From: Basidiobolus meristosporus CBS 931.73
Lineage: Eukaryota; Fungi; Basidiobolomycota
DNA: 64,000 bases
Reading direction: 5' to 3'
NCBI GenBank assembly: GCA_002104905.1
Contig: MCFE01000276.1
Span: 41,112 to 105,111 of the forward strand
This document shows, one piece after another, positions 51,356 to 63,502 of the stretch (position 1 is its first letter; the number at the start of each line of letters is the position of its first letter). Below the pieces are notes generated by a model. That model made no database searches and had not been told where the DNA came from. It saw nothing but the letters and a program-made list of their open reading frames with translations. The translations under genes and the position numbers were made by a program.

Positions 51356-54300
51356 GTTAGTGGCAGCTGCTTGTAGAACTTAGCTTGGATTCTTGTGAGC
51401 TTTGCAGTCTCTTTACTGATGTAGTACTGATCAAAGTAAGAATACTCAATAGTGCAAGTGTTGCAGGGGAAGTCTTATAACCTTTAAGCTTGTAATTGTA
51501 GTGTGGAGGTTCTAGAAAGAGAGGCTCTCCCTTTATTTTTCAGCTGGGGAAGTCACATATATGAAATTCTGAAGGATCAAAGTTTTTGGTTGTTTGCGCA
51601 AGCAATACATGTGATACAAAGCTAAATCTCTGCAGTGGGGCAGATCGGACATAGGTGCAGCACCTGTGAAAATTTCACGTGAATTGATTGGCTGGTTTGA
51701 AAGTTACATGCAAGCAAAGTCACCATAGTAATCCTAGCAATAAGGCATAGTATATATACTAATTGGACTCTTTTGGTTATAACTCCTTAAGTACTGCTTC
51801 AAATGAGCTGTAATTTGAAACATGTGTTGGCTACTATGTGTTCTGTATGACATAATATTTCTGGGTGGATTGCTTCTCAGGGTCTGGAGCATTTGTTCTT
51901 CAAAGTTGGAAATTCTTGATCTTTCACTTGTGTGTTACAATAGCAAAAGCAAAATAAAGAAATGAGTGCAATATTGGTTTAGAGATATTGTAGTAATGGA
52001 ATACTTTCCATTACCACAATTCTCATTAAACAAGTACTCTACCAGCAAATCCTGTTGGTCACTGATTCGCATCAATCCAAATCTGCCACCCACCTTACTA
52101 TATCAGAGCAATAACCTGATGGTAGTCTCACTGGCATCTGGGCCTAAATCACTGTCCAACCTGGATAGCTACCTGTATCCATTGCTGGATGTGTTTTGTA
52201 TGCTTTCCAGTAGGATAATGGTAAATGGCTGTCATGTAAAAGCGCATATTATTATCCACATTAGAGATACCCCAGCCTTCAGCAGATAGCAGGGTTTTCT
52301 GGGCACAATGGATGGTATTGCTGTTGAATGTGTGAGATCCAGGGGACTTACTCCATAACTAACACATATTATTATTACCCAAACACCAGCACTAAAAACA
52401 TTAACTTTCCACAGAGAGTTTGTACAGAAGTAAGTGTGCAATTGTAGCAAAGTTGGCATGCTATAAGCCATTGGCTGGAACATGGAATTAATCTCAAACC
52501 ACAGATACTTAAGATAGAGGGTATCTATTGGAGCAAAAGCTTTCAACTGGGAGCAATGCATTTGCTTTTCAACAATATTTCTATACTGATGACCATGTTG
52601 TACATGGGGCATTTCAAGCTAAATGAGCCCTTTGTGATACTGGAGAAATTTGAAAGAATTGGCAAGATATTACAGAGTATCCACTACCCTAAGTACTTCC
52701 CATAAGCTCCAATCAATATTCATATGCATATGCAACAATACAAATGCAATGACTTGATGAACTGGATATATATTTAGTCAAGTGGTGTTGTGAGGCCATT
52801 CCTATCAAGAGTACATTGGAAGCACTGGGAGTCATCTGTACACTTTGTAGGAATATTTATCCAGAAGCAGATCACCAATGCCAACTTGACACATCCACAG
52901 CCATTGAGTGAGGAGTTTGTGATGGGATTTGAGCAGCTTTACTGCAAACATAAAACTAAGCACGTAGATCTCTGCCCCTACTGTAACCACACTCTACTCC
53001 ATCTTGCACAGTGTTTGGAGAATATTGGGCCTTGCTTCACCTTTTGGGAGTTTCCTATGGAGCAGATGTGTGGGAGATAGGAAGACAAGTAAAGTTGCAG
53101 GTATTATCATATCCCAATCTCATCAAGAATTTTACCTTCAAGTCTGTCATTGATGTTATGAGTTGGCACATGGAGGACAGCCAGAAAGAGTTTGGAAAAT
53201 ACTGAGGACAAATGTGCACATGGAGACACCTATGCCTATGGCATTAAGATGCTAGGCAGCCCTAATGCATGGGTAATCAGTTAAGTAATGCAAATTTGGG
53301 TTGGGTGCAACAAGCAACTAATTTCTATCAGGAAAACTCTACCAAGATATGCCAGATTGCTGATGGTCACAAGCCAACTTCTACACCATTCAATATGGAA
53401 TTCACACAAACAAAAGCCAGAGCGCACCTATAAGGGGGACTAGAATCCAGCAGGGAGAAGGAATATATTAGTCAAATACCAAGAAGTTCTTTGCAGATAT
53501 TCAGGAGGTATTCATGGCAGAAGTGGCAATAACCAAGCATATATTTACAAGATATATAGGTTACCAGCAGTACAAGGTATATGGCAACTTTGCAAGTATC
53601 ACACTAAAAAGCCATAAAGTTGAGGTGATAGAAGTATGTCAATTGTGGCAAGTGTGTGTGTTTGTAGAGGTTAGTAAGCAGGAGGCAATAGTTTTTTTTG
53701 ATTTGAGCTATATGTGGAATACCCAAGGTAGTAGTGGGTAAGCATATAAAGAGGGGTGACTCTACAGTGTAATATATATATTGCACAAGGGGAGGTAGAA
53801 TAAGGAAATACAATATGGTAAATTGGTATGGTAACATTATACAGAACCAGCAGTAGACTGTTGTACTGCCAATAAAATATCATCAGAGTCTCACTCTGAG
53901 GCCGTCAAAATACCATAAAGTTTCTTGCCATATAAGGCAATTGGATGTCCAGGCCAACTGGATCCACTTAAAATAGTTATAGAGCGCTAAAAGACCGCAA
54001 TATTACCATACAAATATTGTCACAGCATCAATAAAATAATGTCAAGTTTAATCCCTTTGTTTGGTTGTAAAATTAGCAAAACACCATCATGATCCTATCA
54101 TAAGATTGTTGCGGGGTCACTAATTCCAAGCTGCTGGTATTATGAAGGTCTCTTAACAGGAACCTGACAGCTGATATGGATTGGATCCACCCACAGGACC
54201 AAATTATCTTTCATAGGGCATTGGTGTAGCTTCCATTATACAGTATTCCATTTGGTACTCCTTTAGTATATCTTGAATATACTTGGATTAGCTTAGGACA

Positions 54301-54753
54301 ATAGTCTGGGTACTTCTGTCTATGGAGAGCTTTATCCCTTAGTAGTGACTAAGCTCTCCTAATTTGGACATCTTTAACTCTTTAGATAGGCTGGATTTAG
54401 TCTCTTCTAATATTGCTAGGCTATTGGCAGCTATAATACAATCATCCACATATAGAGCTAATAGTATATACTCTAGTCAGCACTACTCCTTATGAAACGC
54501 AAAGATTCCAAATAAGAACCTATCTTGCAATCTAGGCTCTTGGTGTGTGCTTGAGACCATAGAGAGATTTTTTAAGCTTGCAGACCAGATGGGGGTTATC
54601 TTGCTCAACAAACCCATCAGGCTGGTTTATATACACATTCTCATCAAGTTCTCCATTCACAAATGCAGTTTATACATCCATTTGATCAAAAGAAAGTTTA
54701 TATTTGGCTGCAACAGCTAACATCAATCTTATGGAATTAAACTTGGCTACCTG

Positions 54754-55824
54754 TATAGTAGGGTCACAGTGACACCCACTGACAGATGTCCTCATTCCCA
54801 TATTTTCTACTTCCTTATTACTCTACTACACTTATTTTAGTTTTATCCCATTTGTCTTACTTGATCAGTACTATTGCATAAGCCAGCTGACTATGACACC
54901 TGCTTACCTTATTGCATAAGTTATCCCTCACTTTATGTAAGATTACTAGCTGTAAGTGCTTCTATATTAGGCAAGTACCTGTGCCAGTACTCATGACACA
55001 TGATCACCCTGTGTCACCATCCCTACCATTTCTATACCATATATGGTATCCCTGTGTTGCACAGGTTTCAGAGCACTGATACCTGATTGGTTGGATGTGC
55101 TGCGCCTGTTAGAACCTTCCAGCACATACTCAGAGTACTTTTAGCTCATTCTGGTGTCATTAAGATATATATTGATCTCTGGATCCTTCTGGAACACTAT
55201 AACTAGTAATCACTTAACCAGTGAGAAAAGTATATAAGGGAGGCAATCCCTCAGCAATAAATCATCATCCCTTTTATCAATATATCAACTTGTTGATTAG
55301 TGTGATCACTGTTTCCTGCTGCTACCTGAACTTTCAACCCCAGACTGCAGGACACTCCCAGGAAACCTTGCTGACAGCCAACTGACCTTGGAGGCACTAC
55401 TTGTGCAGAATACTCAGAGTAGGTATCTTTTATTATATTTGATTCTTTTCCAAGTCTGTTCTTGTACAGGCAATGATACTTTTCTGTCTTTGTAACTACT
55501 GACCATGGCTGCATTGTTATCAAGTCCCTGCTGGTGGAGTTTACAGTTGTTTTGACTTTGGAAGCTTTAGTACATTGTTGTCTCAGAGGTTGCTGAACCC
55601 AGTATACACTTTTGTTAAGATGCCAACTAAGTTGGTGACTGTAGCTCAATAGTTTTGCCTTGACAAGCTTATGGCTTTATTCCCCATCACATTAAATTAG
55701 AGACAGAACCCAAGTACTCCTAGCAAGCTTTTGCCAGAGGTTATTGCACCCAATGAACACCCCACACACAAAATAATTGAGAAGTGTTGGACATATCTCT
55801 CCCTTGGACTTATACACCACCACA
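54754..55824 (+). repeat. 1071-bp solo LTR related to the 802-bp family
   Basis: Ends CACCACCACA; start TATAGTAGGGTCACAGTGAC aligns to 62141; Copia resumes each side; TSD unresolved. Confidence 0.8.
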
Positions 55825-56845
55825 GCAGTGCAAAGGTCTCAGTATAGTCAATTACTTTGGTTTGAGAGTATCCATTAGCCACAAGTCTTACTTAGTATCT
55901 TTCAATTGTATCATCAGCCTTATACTTTATCTTAAAGACATATCTGTATCCAATTGATTTTTGGGGTGATTGGTAATCTGACTAAGTCCCAAGTTTGATT
56001 TTCCATCAGAGCCTGATATTCCTCAGTTGTTGCAGATCTCCAGAACTTTTTCTGAGGGTCATTTAGGACCTCTTTTACAATCTGTGTCTAATCTATATGG
56101 ACTGAATAGTCATAGGCCAAGTTTGTATCCTCATTCATAGAGTAATTTGGGCTGTTTCTTGTCTGGTTGGATCTCCTGGCATCTGGTACTGGAATGATCA
56201 CTTCTGGAATATTAATGGGCACTGATTCAGGCTGAACCATGGTTGCAGAGTCCTCAGGAGTGAAAAAGTTCTCATTGTTTATCTCTGATCAATCTTGACA
56301 ATTGGTGGACTTGAGATCAAATTTCATCATCATTGATGTCATTTTTTGTGAAAATTTGAAATTTTCATCAAACAGTACATCCCTAGAATTGGTCTGCTTC
56401 CTTGCTTTGGTATTGTTGAGTCTGTATGCTTTACTCTCATTGCAGTGGCACAAAAATATGCATTTACACTTTTTAGCTCAAAGTTTTGTTGTAAGAGTCT
56501 TAGAGATATTGGAAGTGATTGAGAGAACAAGTAGATTATGTGGTTTTCACTTAATGATTTATTGAATGTAAAAGTAGTATTTATACTTTTACCTGGTCTT
56601 GGCATTACAAACACATAGAATAGGTTAAGGAAGGTCCCAAGATCATGTGTGCAAAGTTTGGGGCTGTTTGGACAGCTTTGAGAATTCTCATGTTCTGGGT
56701 ACCTGGTTTTTGGTGAAGATATTCCAAGTAAATCCCAACAAGGAATTTGGTCAGTATTCTCTAGGATTTGAGGGTAAAGATCTAAGTGACTAAGTTAGGT
56801 GAATATTTAGGTGGAATTACAAATTTTTACAACACTCCCACTCAG

Positions 56846-58123
56846 CTAAATGTTCATACTGACTAGTCCTAATTTTGACCTAAGATATTTAAACTTGTCT
56901 CTAGCTAATGGTTTGGTAAATATGTCTGCAACCATTTCATCTGTAGGACAGTAAGCTAAGTTAACTAAGTTATTCTCCAAAGCTTCATGTATGAAATGAT
57001 GTCTAATATCTATGTGCTTGGTTCTAGCATGAAAAGTTGGATTTCTACCTAATTGTATACATCTTTGATTATTGTGAAACAAAGTAATAGGCATTTTTTG
57101 ACATAAGCCTAAATCTGTAAAAAGTTTTCTTAACCACATTGCTTCTTTTGTAGCTTCACAGGCTGCCATATACTCTGCTTCTGTGGTGGAAAGTGCTATG
57201 GTTGGTTGCTTTCTTGAATTCCATGAAATTGCTCCTTTACAGTAAAGAAAGGTGTATCCTGTGGTGGATCTTCTGTCTTCCAAATTTTGTCCCCAGTCAG
57301 CATCAGAGTATCCCACAAGATCCTGTTCTGAATCATTATAAGTGTATCTTAAGCGGATATCAGCAGTTCCTTTTAGGTATCTAAAAATCCGCTTAACTGC
57401 TGCAATATGATCAGCTCCATAGCTCTGATTATGTTGGCTGACAACTCCCACTGAATATGAGATATCTGGATGTGTTCCAAGCATGATATACATCAGACTG
57501 CCGGCCATAGATTGATAAGGAATATCAGGGCTTTCAGATGGCATCAAGCCCACTTGATTTGGTTGAGTTTTGACCAAGTTGAGGTTTGTCTCTATTGGGG
57601 TAGCTGCCAGTTTACAGTCTTCCATTTGGTACTTCTTTAGTATGCCTTGAGTATACTTGGATTGGCTTAGGGTGATAGTCTGGGTACTTCTGTCTATGGA
57701 GAGCTTAATCCCTAAATAGCAACTGAGTTCTCCTAGATTGGACATCATGAACTCCTTAGATAGGCTGGATTTAGTCTCTTCCAATGTTTCTAGGTTATTG
57801 GTGGCTATAATAAGATCATCCACATATAGAGCTAATAGAGCTGGATTTGCTCTTTCTGGCTTATAGTATATACTATAGTCAGCATTACTCCTTTTGAAAC
57901 TCAAAGATTCCAAATAGGACTCTATCTTGCAATTCCAGGCTCTTGGTGATTGTTTGAGACCGTATAGTGACTTTTTAGGCTTGCAGACCAAATGGGGGTT
58001 ATCTTGGTCAACAAACCCATCAGGCTGGTCAATATACAGGTCCTCATCAAGTTCTCTATTCAAAAATGCAGCTTTTACATCCATTTGATGAATAAAAAAC
58101 TTATATTTGGCTGCAATAGCCAA
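56846..58123 (-). CDS. pol: Copia RT/RNase H (425-aa open stretch)
   Basis: HQMDVKAAFLN, LYGLKQSPRAW, LALYVDDLII, GYSDADWG, RTKHIDIRHHF, ADIFTKPL. Confidence 0.95.
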   Translation of the reverse strand: MAIAAKYKFFIHQMDVKAAFLNRELDEDLYIDQPDGFVDQDNPHLVCKPKKSLYGLKQSPRAWNCKIESYLESLSFKRSNADYSIYYKPERANPALLALYVDDLIIATNNLETLEETKSSLSKEFMMSNLGELSCYLGIKLSIDRSTQTITLSQSKYTQGILKKYQMEDCKLAATPIETNLNLVKTQPNQVGLMPSESPDIPYQSMAGSLMYIMLGTHPDISYSVGVVSQHNQSYGADHIAAVKRIFRYLKGTADIRLRYTYNDSEQDLVGYSDADWGQNLEDRRSTTGYTFLYCKGAISWNSRKQPTIALSTTEAEYMAACEATKEAMWLRKLFTDLGLCQKMPITLFHNNQRCIQLGRNPTFHARTKHIDIRHHFIHEALENNLVNLAYCPTDEMVADIFTKPLARDKFKYLRSKLGLVSMNI

Positions 58124-58865
58124 TATTAATCTGATGGAGTTTAACTTGCCTACTGGTGCAAAGGTCTTGGTATAGTCAAGTCCTTTTGTTTGAGAGTATC
58201 CTTTGGCTACAAGTCTTGCTTTGTATCTTTCAATTGTACCATCAGCCTTGTATTTTGTCTTGAAGACCCATCTGCATCCAATTGATTTTTGGTTGATTGG
58301 TAATTTGACTAAGTCCTAAGTTTGATTTTCCATCAGGGCCTGATATTCCTCAGTCATTGCAAATCTCCAAAACTTTGTCTGAGGGCTATTTAGGGCCTCT
58401 TTTACAGTCTGGGGCTCATCAGCATGGACTGAATAGGCATAGGCTAAGTTTGTACCCTCATTGATATAGTAATTTGGGCTATTTCTTGTCCAACTTGATC
58501 TCTGGGCATTTGATACTGGAATGATCATTTCTGGGATATTCCTGGGCACTGATTCTGGCTGAACCACGGTTGTAGAGTCATCTGGAGTGAAAAAATTTAC
58601 ACTGTTTTGCTCTGATTCAATCCTGACAATTGGTGGACTTGAGATGAAATTTTTGTCATCATCTGATGTTATTTTTGTGAAAATTTTGAATTTTCATCAA
58701 ACAACACATCCCTGGACTTGATCAGCTTCTTTGCTTTGGTATTGTAGAGTCTGTATGCCTTACTCTCACTGCAGTAGCCCAAAAATATGCATTTTATACT
58801 TTTTGGCTCAATTTTTGACTGATTTCCGGCTAGTTTTTTGGCATATGCTGTACACCCAAATATTC

Positions 58866-59867
58866 TTAGATGTTCTGCAATTGGTCTGTATCCATGCCAT
58901 GCTTCAAATGGAGTAGAATCACCAAGTATTCTGTTATAACTCCTATTTTAAGGTATACAGCTGTGGCCACTGATTCCGCCCAAAAATCATAGGATAATTT
59001 TTGATCATGGATCATAGATCTTACCATATCAATTATTGATCTGTTAGCTTGTTCTGCTACTCCATTTTGCTGTGGGGAGTATGGTACAGTAGTCTCTTGC
59101 TTTATCCCATGAATTTTGCAGAAGTGGATGAAGAGTTTTGAGGTATACTCTCCACCATTGTCAGAGCATATTTTCTTGATTTTTTCACCAGTTTCTCTCT
59201 CCACCATGGCTTTAAGCTCCCTGAACTTAGACAGAGCTTCCTCATTTCTCTCCATGAAGTAGACCCATATGTATCTTGTATAATCATCAATAAAAGTGAT
59301 TAAATACTTCATCCCACCTAAAGATAAATTTTGCATAGTTCCACATAGATCTGAGTGAATTAGATCTAATTTTTTCTTAGTTTTGATTAACCCAGAGCTC
59401 TTGAACGGTTGTCTGGCTTGTTTCCTATATATGCAGGCTTCACAGTGCTTCAAATTAGCTGGGGGATCAATTTTCACTCCAGAAATTAGCTGATCTTTGA
59501 TCATTATGCGCAAATGATCAAAATTGATGTGCCCAAATCTCCTGTGCCAAAGCATTGGTATTTCTTCATTTAATTTACATATATTGGCTTCCAAATATGA
59601 TGGAATATAAGTCAACTTGTATAGATTCTGATCTCTGATGCCCAAAGCAATATGGGCACCATTTTGATCAGTGATCCTGCATCCAGAATTGTCAAAACTG
59701 AAACTGAGTCCTTCTGCTGTGGCCTTGCTTACAGAGAGTAAGTTCTTGGCTATTTCTGGTACACAGAGTAATTCTTTAAAGGTCAGTGTATGGCTTCCTT
59801 CACTGCTTCTTAGGTTTACTTGGATAGCTCCTTCTCCCACTGCATCAAGTGTTCTATTGTCACCCAT
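58866..59867 (-). CDS. pol: Copia protease C-part, pre-integrase and integrase core, frameshifted
   Basis: LWHRRFGH, CEAC, IHSDLCG, FIDDYTR, SDNGGEY, PQQNGVAE. Confidence 0.93.
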   Translation of the reverse strand: MGDNRTLDAVGEGAIQVNLRSSEGSHTLTFKELLCVPEIAKNLLSVSKATAEGLSFSFDNSGCRITDQNGAHIALGIRDQNLYKLTYIPSYLEANICKLNEEIPMLWHRRFGHINFDHLRIMIKDQLISGVKIDPPANLKHCEACIYRKQARQPFKSSGLIKTKKKLDLIHSDLCGTMQNLSLGGMKYLITFIDDYTRYIWVYFMERNEEALSKFRELKAMVERETGEKIKKICSDNGGEYTSKLFIHFCKIHGIKQETTVPYSPQQNGVAEQANRSIIDMVRSMIHDQKLSYDFWAESVATAVYLKIGVITEYLVILLHLKHGMDTDQLQNI

Positions 59868-60215
59868 GAAAACCTTCTTAATTGGAATTTCTTGATATTG
59901 GGTAAAAAGTTCTTTTTGGCGTGTAAAGTTTTTAGATGCTCCAGAGTCAATGTATCATATCTGAGAATCCTGGTTTGTGGTCATATTAAGTGCAGATATG
60001 AATAGTCTATCTTCAGTTGCTGCAGCATTTCCATATTCAGGCTTCTTTTGCTGATTATCTTTCTTTTTGAGACACCAGTCTGATGTGTGTCCTTTCCTTT
60101 TGCAGTAGTTGCAAAATAGGTTGCTGTTGTCTTTGTAGGGTCATGGGTACCTCCTTTGTTGGTTATCATTGCTGATTAAAGCATTTTCTTCTTCCTTCTT
60201 ATTGGCGCTTGATTT

Positions 60216-60788
60216 TCAAAATTCTTCATCCAGGAGCCTTCCATATACGTAATCTAAGGTCAGATCTTCAGTTCTGGACTCTAGGGCTGATACAAGGCCT
60301 TGAAACTTGTCTGTCAGGCTATTCAGGATGGTAACTATCACATCCTCATCAGTAGTTGGTGCGCCCACCAATTCCATCTCATCTACCAGCAGGGTAATTC
60401 TGTTAATTAGATTTTTCATTTCTTCTCCTGGCAGCAGCTTTGTAGTAAAGCATTTTTGTCTCAGATACATTTTCTTGGCAGCTGAACATGACTGGTAGGT
60501 GTCTTCCAATGCTTTCCAGGCATTCTTTGCTGTTTTTGCTCTTGAGCATTGAGTTAGCAATTTGTCCTTGGCATTAAGGCAGATGCAGTTAAAGGCACTT
60601 TGTTCTTTCTTCTGGTACTTTAAGGCTTCCTCTCCCATGTTTTTAGGAGGGCATTCTTCTCCCATGACAATATCCCAAAGGCCTCTTTCTTGTAGCAGCA
60701 TCTTCATCTTCACCTTCCACACTTGGTAGTTAGATCCATCCAACTTTTCAACATAGGGAAAAATTCCAGTAATAGTGGTAGTAGACAT
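60216..60788 (-). CDS. gag: Copia gag; likely start MSTTTITG (the ORF track extends spuriously into the LTR)
   Basis: KLDGSNYQVWKVKMKMLLQERGLWDIV, ILNSL...FQGLVSALESR. Confidence 0.9.
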   Translation of the reverse strand: MSTTTITGIFPYVEKLDGSNYQVWKVKMKMLLQERGLWDIVMGEECPPKNMGEEALKYQKKEQSAFNCICLNAKDKLLTQCSRAKTAKNAWKALEDTYQSCSAAKKMYLRQKCFTTKLLPGEEMKNLINRITLLVDEMELVGAPTTDEDVIVTILNSLTDKFQGLVSALESRTEDLTLDYVYGRLLDEEF

Positions 60789-62140
60789 TGCAGAGAGTGA
60801 CAGCTCAGGGCTCATAACCTGTTGTAAGAGTCTTGGAGATATTGGAAGTGATTGGGAGAACAAGTAGATTATGTGGTTTTCACTTAATGATTTATTGAAT
60901 GTAAAAGTAGTATTTATACTTTTACCTGGTCTTGGCATTACAAACACATAGAATAGGTTAAGGAAGGTCCCAAGATCATGTGTGCAAAGTTTGGGGCTGT
61001 TTGGACAACTTTGAGAATTCTCATGTTTTGGGAACCTGGTATTTTGGTGAAGATATTCTAAGTAAATCCCGACAAGGAATTTGGTCAGTATTCTCCAGGA
61101 TTTGAGGGTAATGATCAAAGTGACTAAGTTAGGTGAATATTTAGGTGGAATTACATATTTTTACAACAAGTTTGACTGATTCAGGCAGCTTCTTGGCATA
61201 TGCTGTACACCCAAATATTCTTAGATGTTCTGCACTTGATCTGTGTCCATACTGTGCTTCAAATGGAGTAGAATCATGAAGTATTGTGTTATACCTCCTA
61301 TCTTCAAGGTATACAGCTGTGGCAACTGATTCTACCCAAAAATCATAGGATATTTATTGATCATGGGTCATAGATCTTGCCACATCAATTAATGATCTGT
61401 TTGCATACTCTGCTACTCCATTTGGCTATGGGGAGTATGGTACAGTTGTCTCTTGATTTATCCCATCAATTTTGCACAAGTAGTTGAAGTGTTTTGAGGT
61501 ATATTCTCCACCATTTTCAGATCGTATTTTCTTGATTTTTTCACCAATTTTTCTCTCCACCATGGCTTTAAGCTCCCTGAGCTCAAACAGAGCTTCTTCC
61601 TTTCTCTCCATGAGGTAGACACAGATGTATCTTATATGATTATAAAAAAAGTGACAAAGTACTTCATCCTGCCTAAGGATAAATTTTGCATAGGTCCACA
61701 CAGATATGAGTGAATTAGATCTAATTTTTTCTTAGTTTTGATTAGTCCAGAGCTCTTGACCAGTTGTCTGGCTTATTTTTCATATATGCAGGCCTCACAG
61801 TGCTCCAAATTAGTGGGGGATCAATTTTTACTCCAGAAATTAGCTGATCTTTGATAATTTTGCACAAATAATCAAAGTTGATGTGCCAAATCTCCTATGC
61901 CATAGTATTGATGTTTCTTGATTCAAGTTACTTATATTGACTTCCAGATATATTGGAATATAGGTCAACTTATATATATTCTGATCTCTGATACCCAAAG
62001 CAATATGGGCACCATTTTGATCAATGATCCTGATTCCACAATTGTCAAAGCTGAAACTGAGTCCTTCTGCTGTGGCTTTGCATACATATAGTAGATTCTT
62101 GGTTATTTCTGTTACATAGAGTACTTCTCTTAAGGTCCGT

Positions 62141-63451
62141 TGTAGTGGGGTCACAGTGACACCCACAGGCAGATGTGCTCATTCCCATACACTCACTTCC
62201 CTAAAAAGGATTACCCCCCCTTTATTAGTATCATCCCAAATTTGCAATATTTCCTATTTTGTCTATGTGATTATTACTATGCAACCTGACAAACTATTTG
62301 TCACTATTAACCCATTGTACAAGCTATTTTTATTCCTTACCAAGATGCCAAGAAAAGATAGTTACCATATAAGGCAAGTGCCCCAACAGTGCCCCTGTCA
62401 TGTGACCGTCTTGCCCTCCCATCCTACTACCATAAGAGGCAATCACATGACACAGAGGTTTCATATTGCCACTACCTGATTGGCTAGGTACTACTATGTC
62501 TCATGGAACAATCCACCAAGAATTTGCGCTATTTTTAGTACACAATGACATGATTGGCTGTCTACTTCCTTCTGGAAACTTCTGGAAAGTATTTTCTAGC
62601 AAGAATTTGAGCAGCAAAAAAGTATATAAGGGAGGCTATCCCTTAAAATAAATCATCCCTCTTCCAATATTCCAACTTATTGACTAGTGAGATTATTGCT
62701 GCCTATTACCACTATTTTCTGACACAGACCCAACAAAAAAGTATATAAGGGAGGCTATCCCTTAAAATAAATCATCCCTCTTACGATATTCCAACTTATT
62801 GACTAGTGAGATCATTGCTGCCTATTACCACTATTTTTCTGACACAGACCCAACAAAAAAGTATATAAGGGAGGCTATCCCTTAAAATAAATCATCCCTC
62901 TTCCAATATTCCAACTTATTGACTAGTGAGATCACTGCTGCCTATTACCACTATTTTTCTGACTCAGACCCAACAATACTCCCAGGAAACTGCGCTGACA
63001 GCCAACTGACCTTGGAGGCACTACTTGTGAGGAATACTCAGAGTAGGTATATTTTATTATATTTGATTGTTTTCCCAAGTTTGTTCTTGTACAGGCAAAG
63101 ATACTTTTCAGTCTTTGTAACTATTGGTTAAAGCTGCATTCTTATCAAGTCCCTGTTGGTGGAGTTTACAGTTGTTTTGACTTTGGAAGCTTTAGTACAT
63201 TGTCATCTCAATGGACATCAAAGCCATTATAAACTTTTTTTAAGACGCCAACTAAGTTGGGGACTGTAGTTCAATTAGTTTTCCCTTGACAAGCTTGAGC
63301 TTTATCCCCTTCACATTAGATTAGACAAAAGACCCAGTATTCCTAGCAAGCTTTTGCCAGAGGTTATTGCACCCAGTGGACACCCCCACACACATTCACA
63401 CTTGAGAAGTGTTGGCTGTATTTTGCCCTTTGGGACTTACACACCACCACA
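62141..63451 (+). repeat. 1311-bp solo LTR with internal triplication
   Basis: TGTAGTGGGG...CACCACCACA; flanks CCGT/CGGT; homolog of 54754-55824. Confidence 0.87.
62616..62974 (+). promoter_or_regulatory. Three tandem 119-120-bp copies of the LTR TATA/polyA core
   Basis: Units start 62616, 62735, 62855, each AAAAAAGTATATAAGGGAGG...AAATAAA. Confidence 0.88.
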
Positions 63452-63502
63452 CGGTATATGGCTTCCTTCACTGCTTCTAGTGACTACTTAGATAGTTCCT
63501 TC

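Larger units (their letters stand above)
47867..54218 (+). mobile_element. Complete-ended CACTA/En-Spm-type element with CCC termini and 3-bp TSD CAT
   Basis: CCCTGTGAAAAATTATT...AATTATCTTTCATAGGG; CAT at 47864-47866 and 54219-54221; Copia RT continuous across it. Confidence 0.92.
56487..61168 (-). mobile_element. Full-length Ty1/Copia (4682 bp), coding disrupted
   Basis: LTRs 56487-56834 and 60820-61168 (about 12 differences); TSD AGTTT; PBS GGTTATGAGCCC (copia half-tRNA-Met type); PPT GCTGAGTGGGAG. Confidence 0.96.
47206..63502 (-). mobile_element. Old Copia split by nested insertions: 47206-47866, 54219-54753, 55825-56486, 61169-62140, 63452-63502
   Basis: Pieces are colinear with the intact Copia and rejoin at each insertion boundary. 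Confidence 0.85.

Noticed and set aside
60789-61118. N-terminal extension of gag
   Set aside because: Lies in the LTR/PBS; the same pseudo-ORF appears at 56339-56614 in the other LTR.
56487-61168. Neurospora-type RIP as the cause of decay
   Set aside because: LTR differences include about 4 transversions and an indel among about 12, and the bias centres on CpG; a RIP-like CpG process is not fully excluded.
62616-62974. CRISPR-like array
   Set aside because: Whole 119-120-bp units are duplicated with no unique spacers, and they lie inside an LTR.
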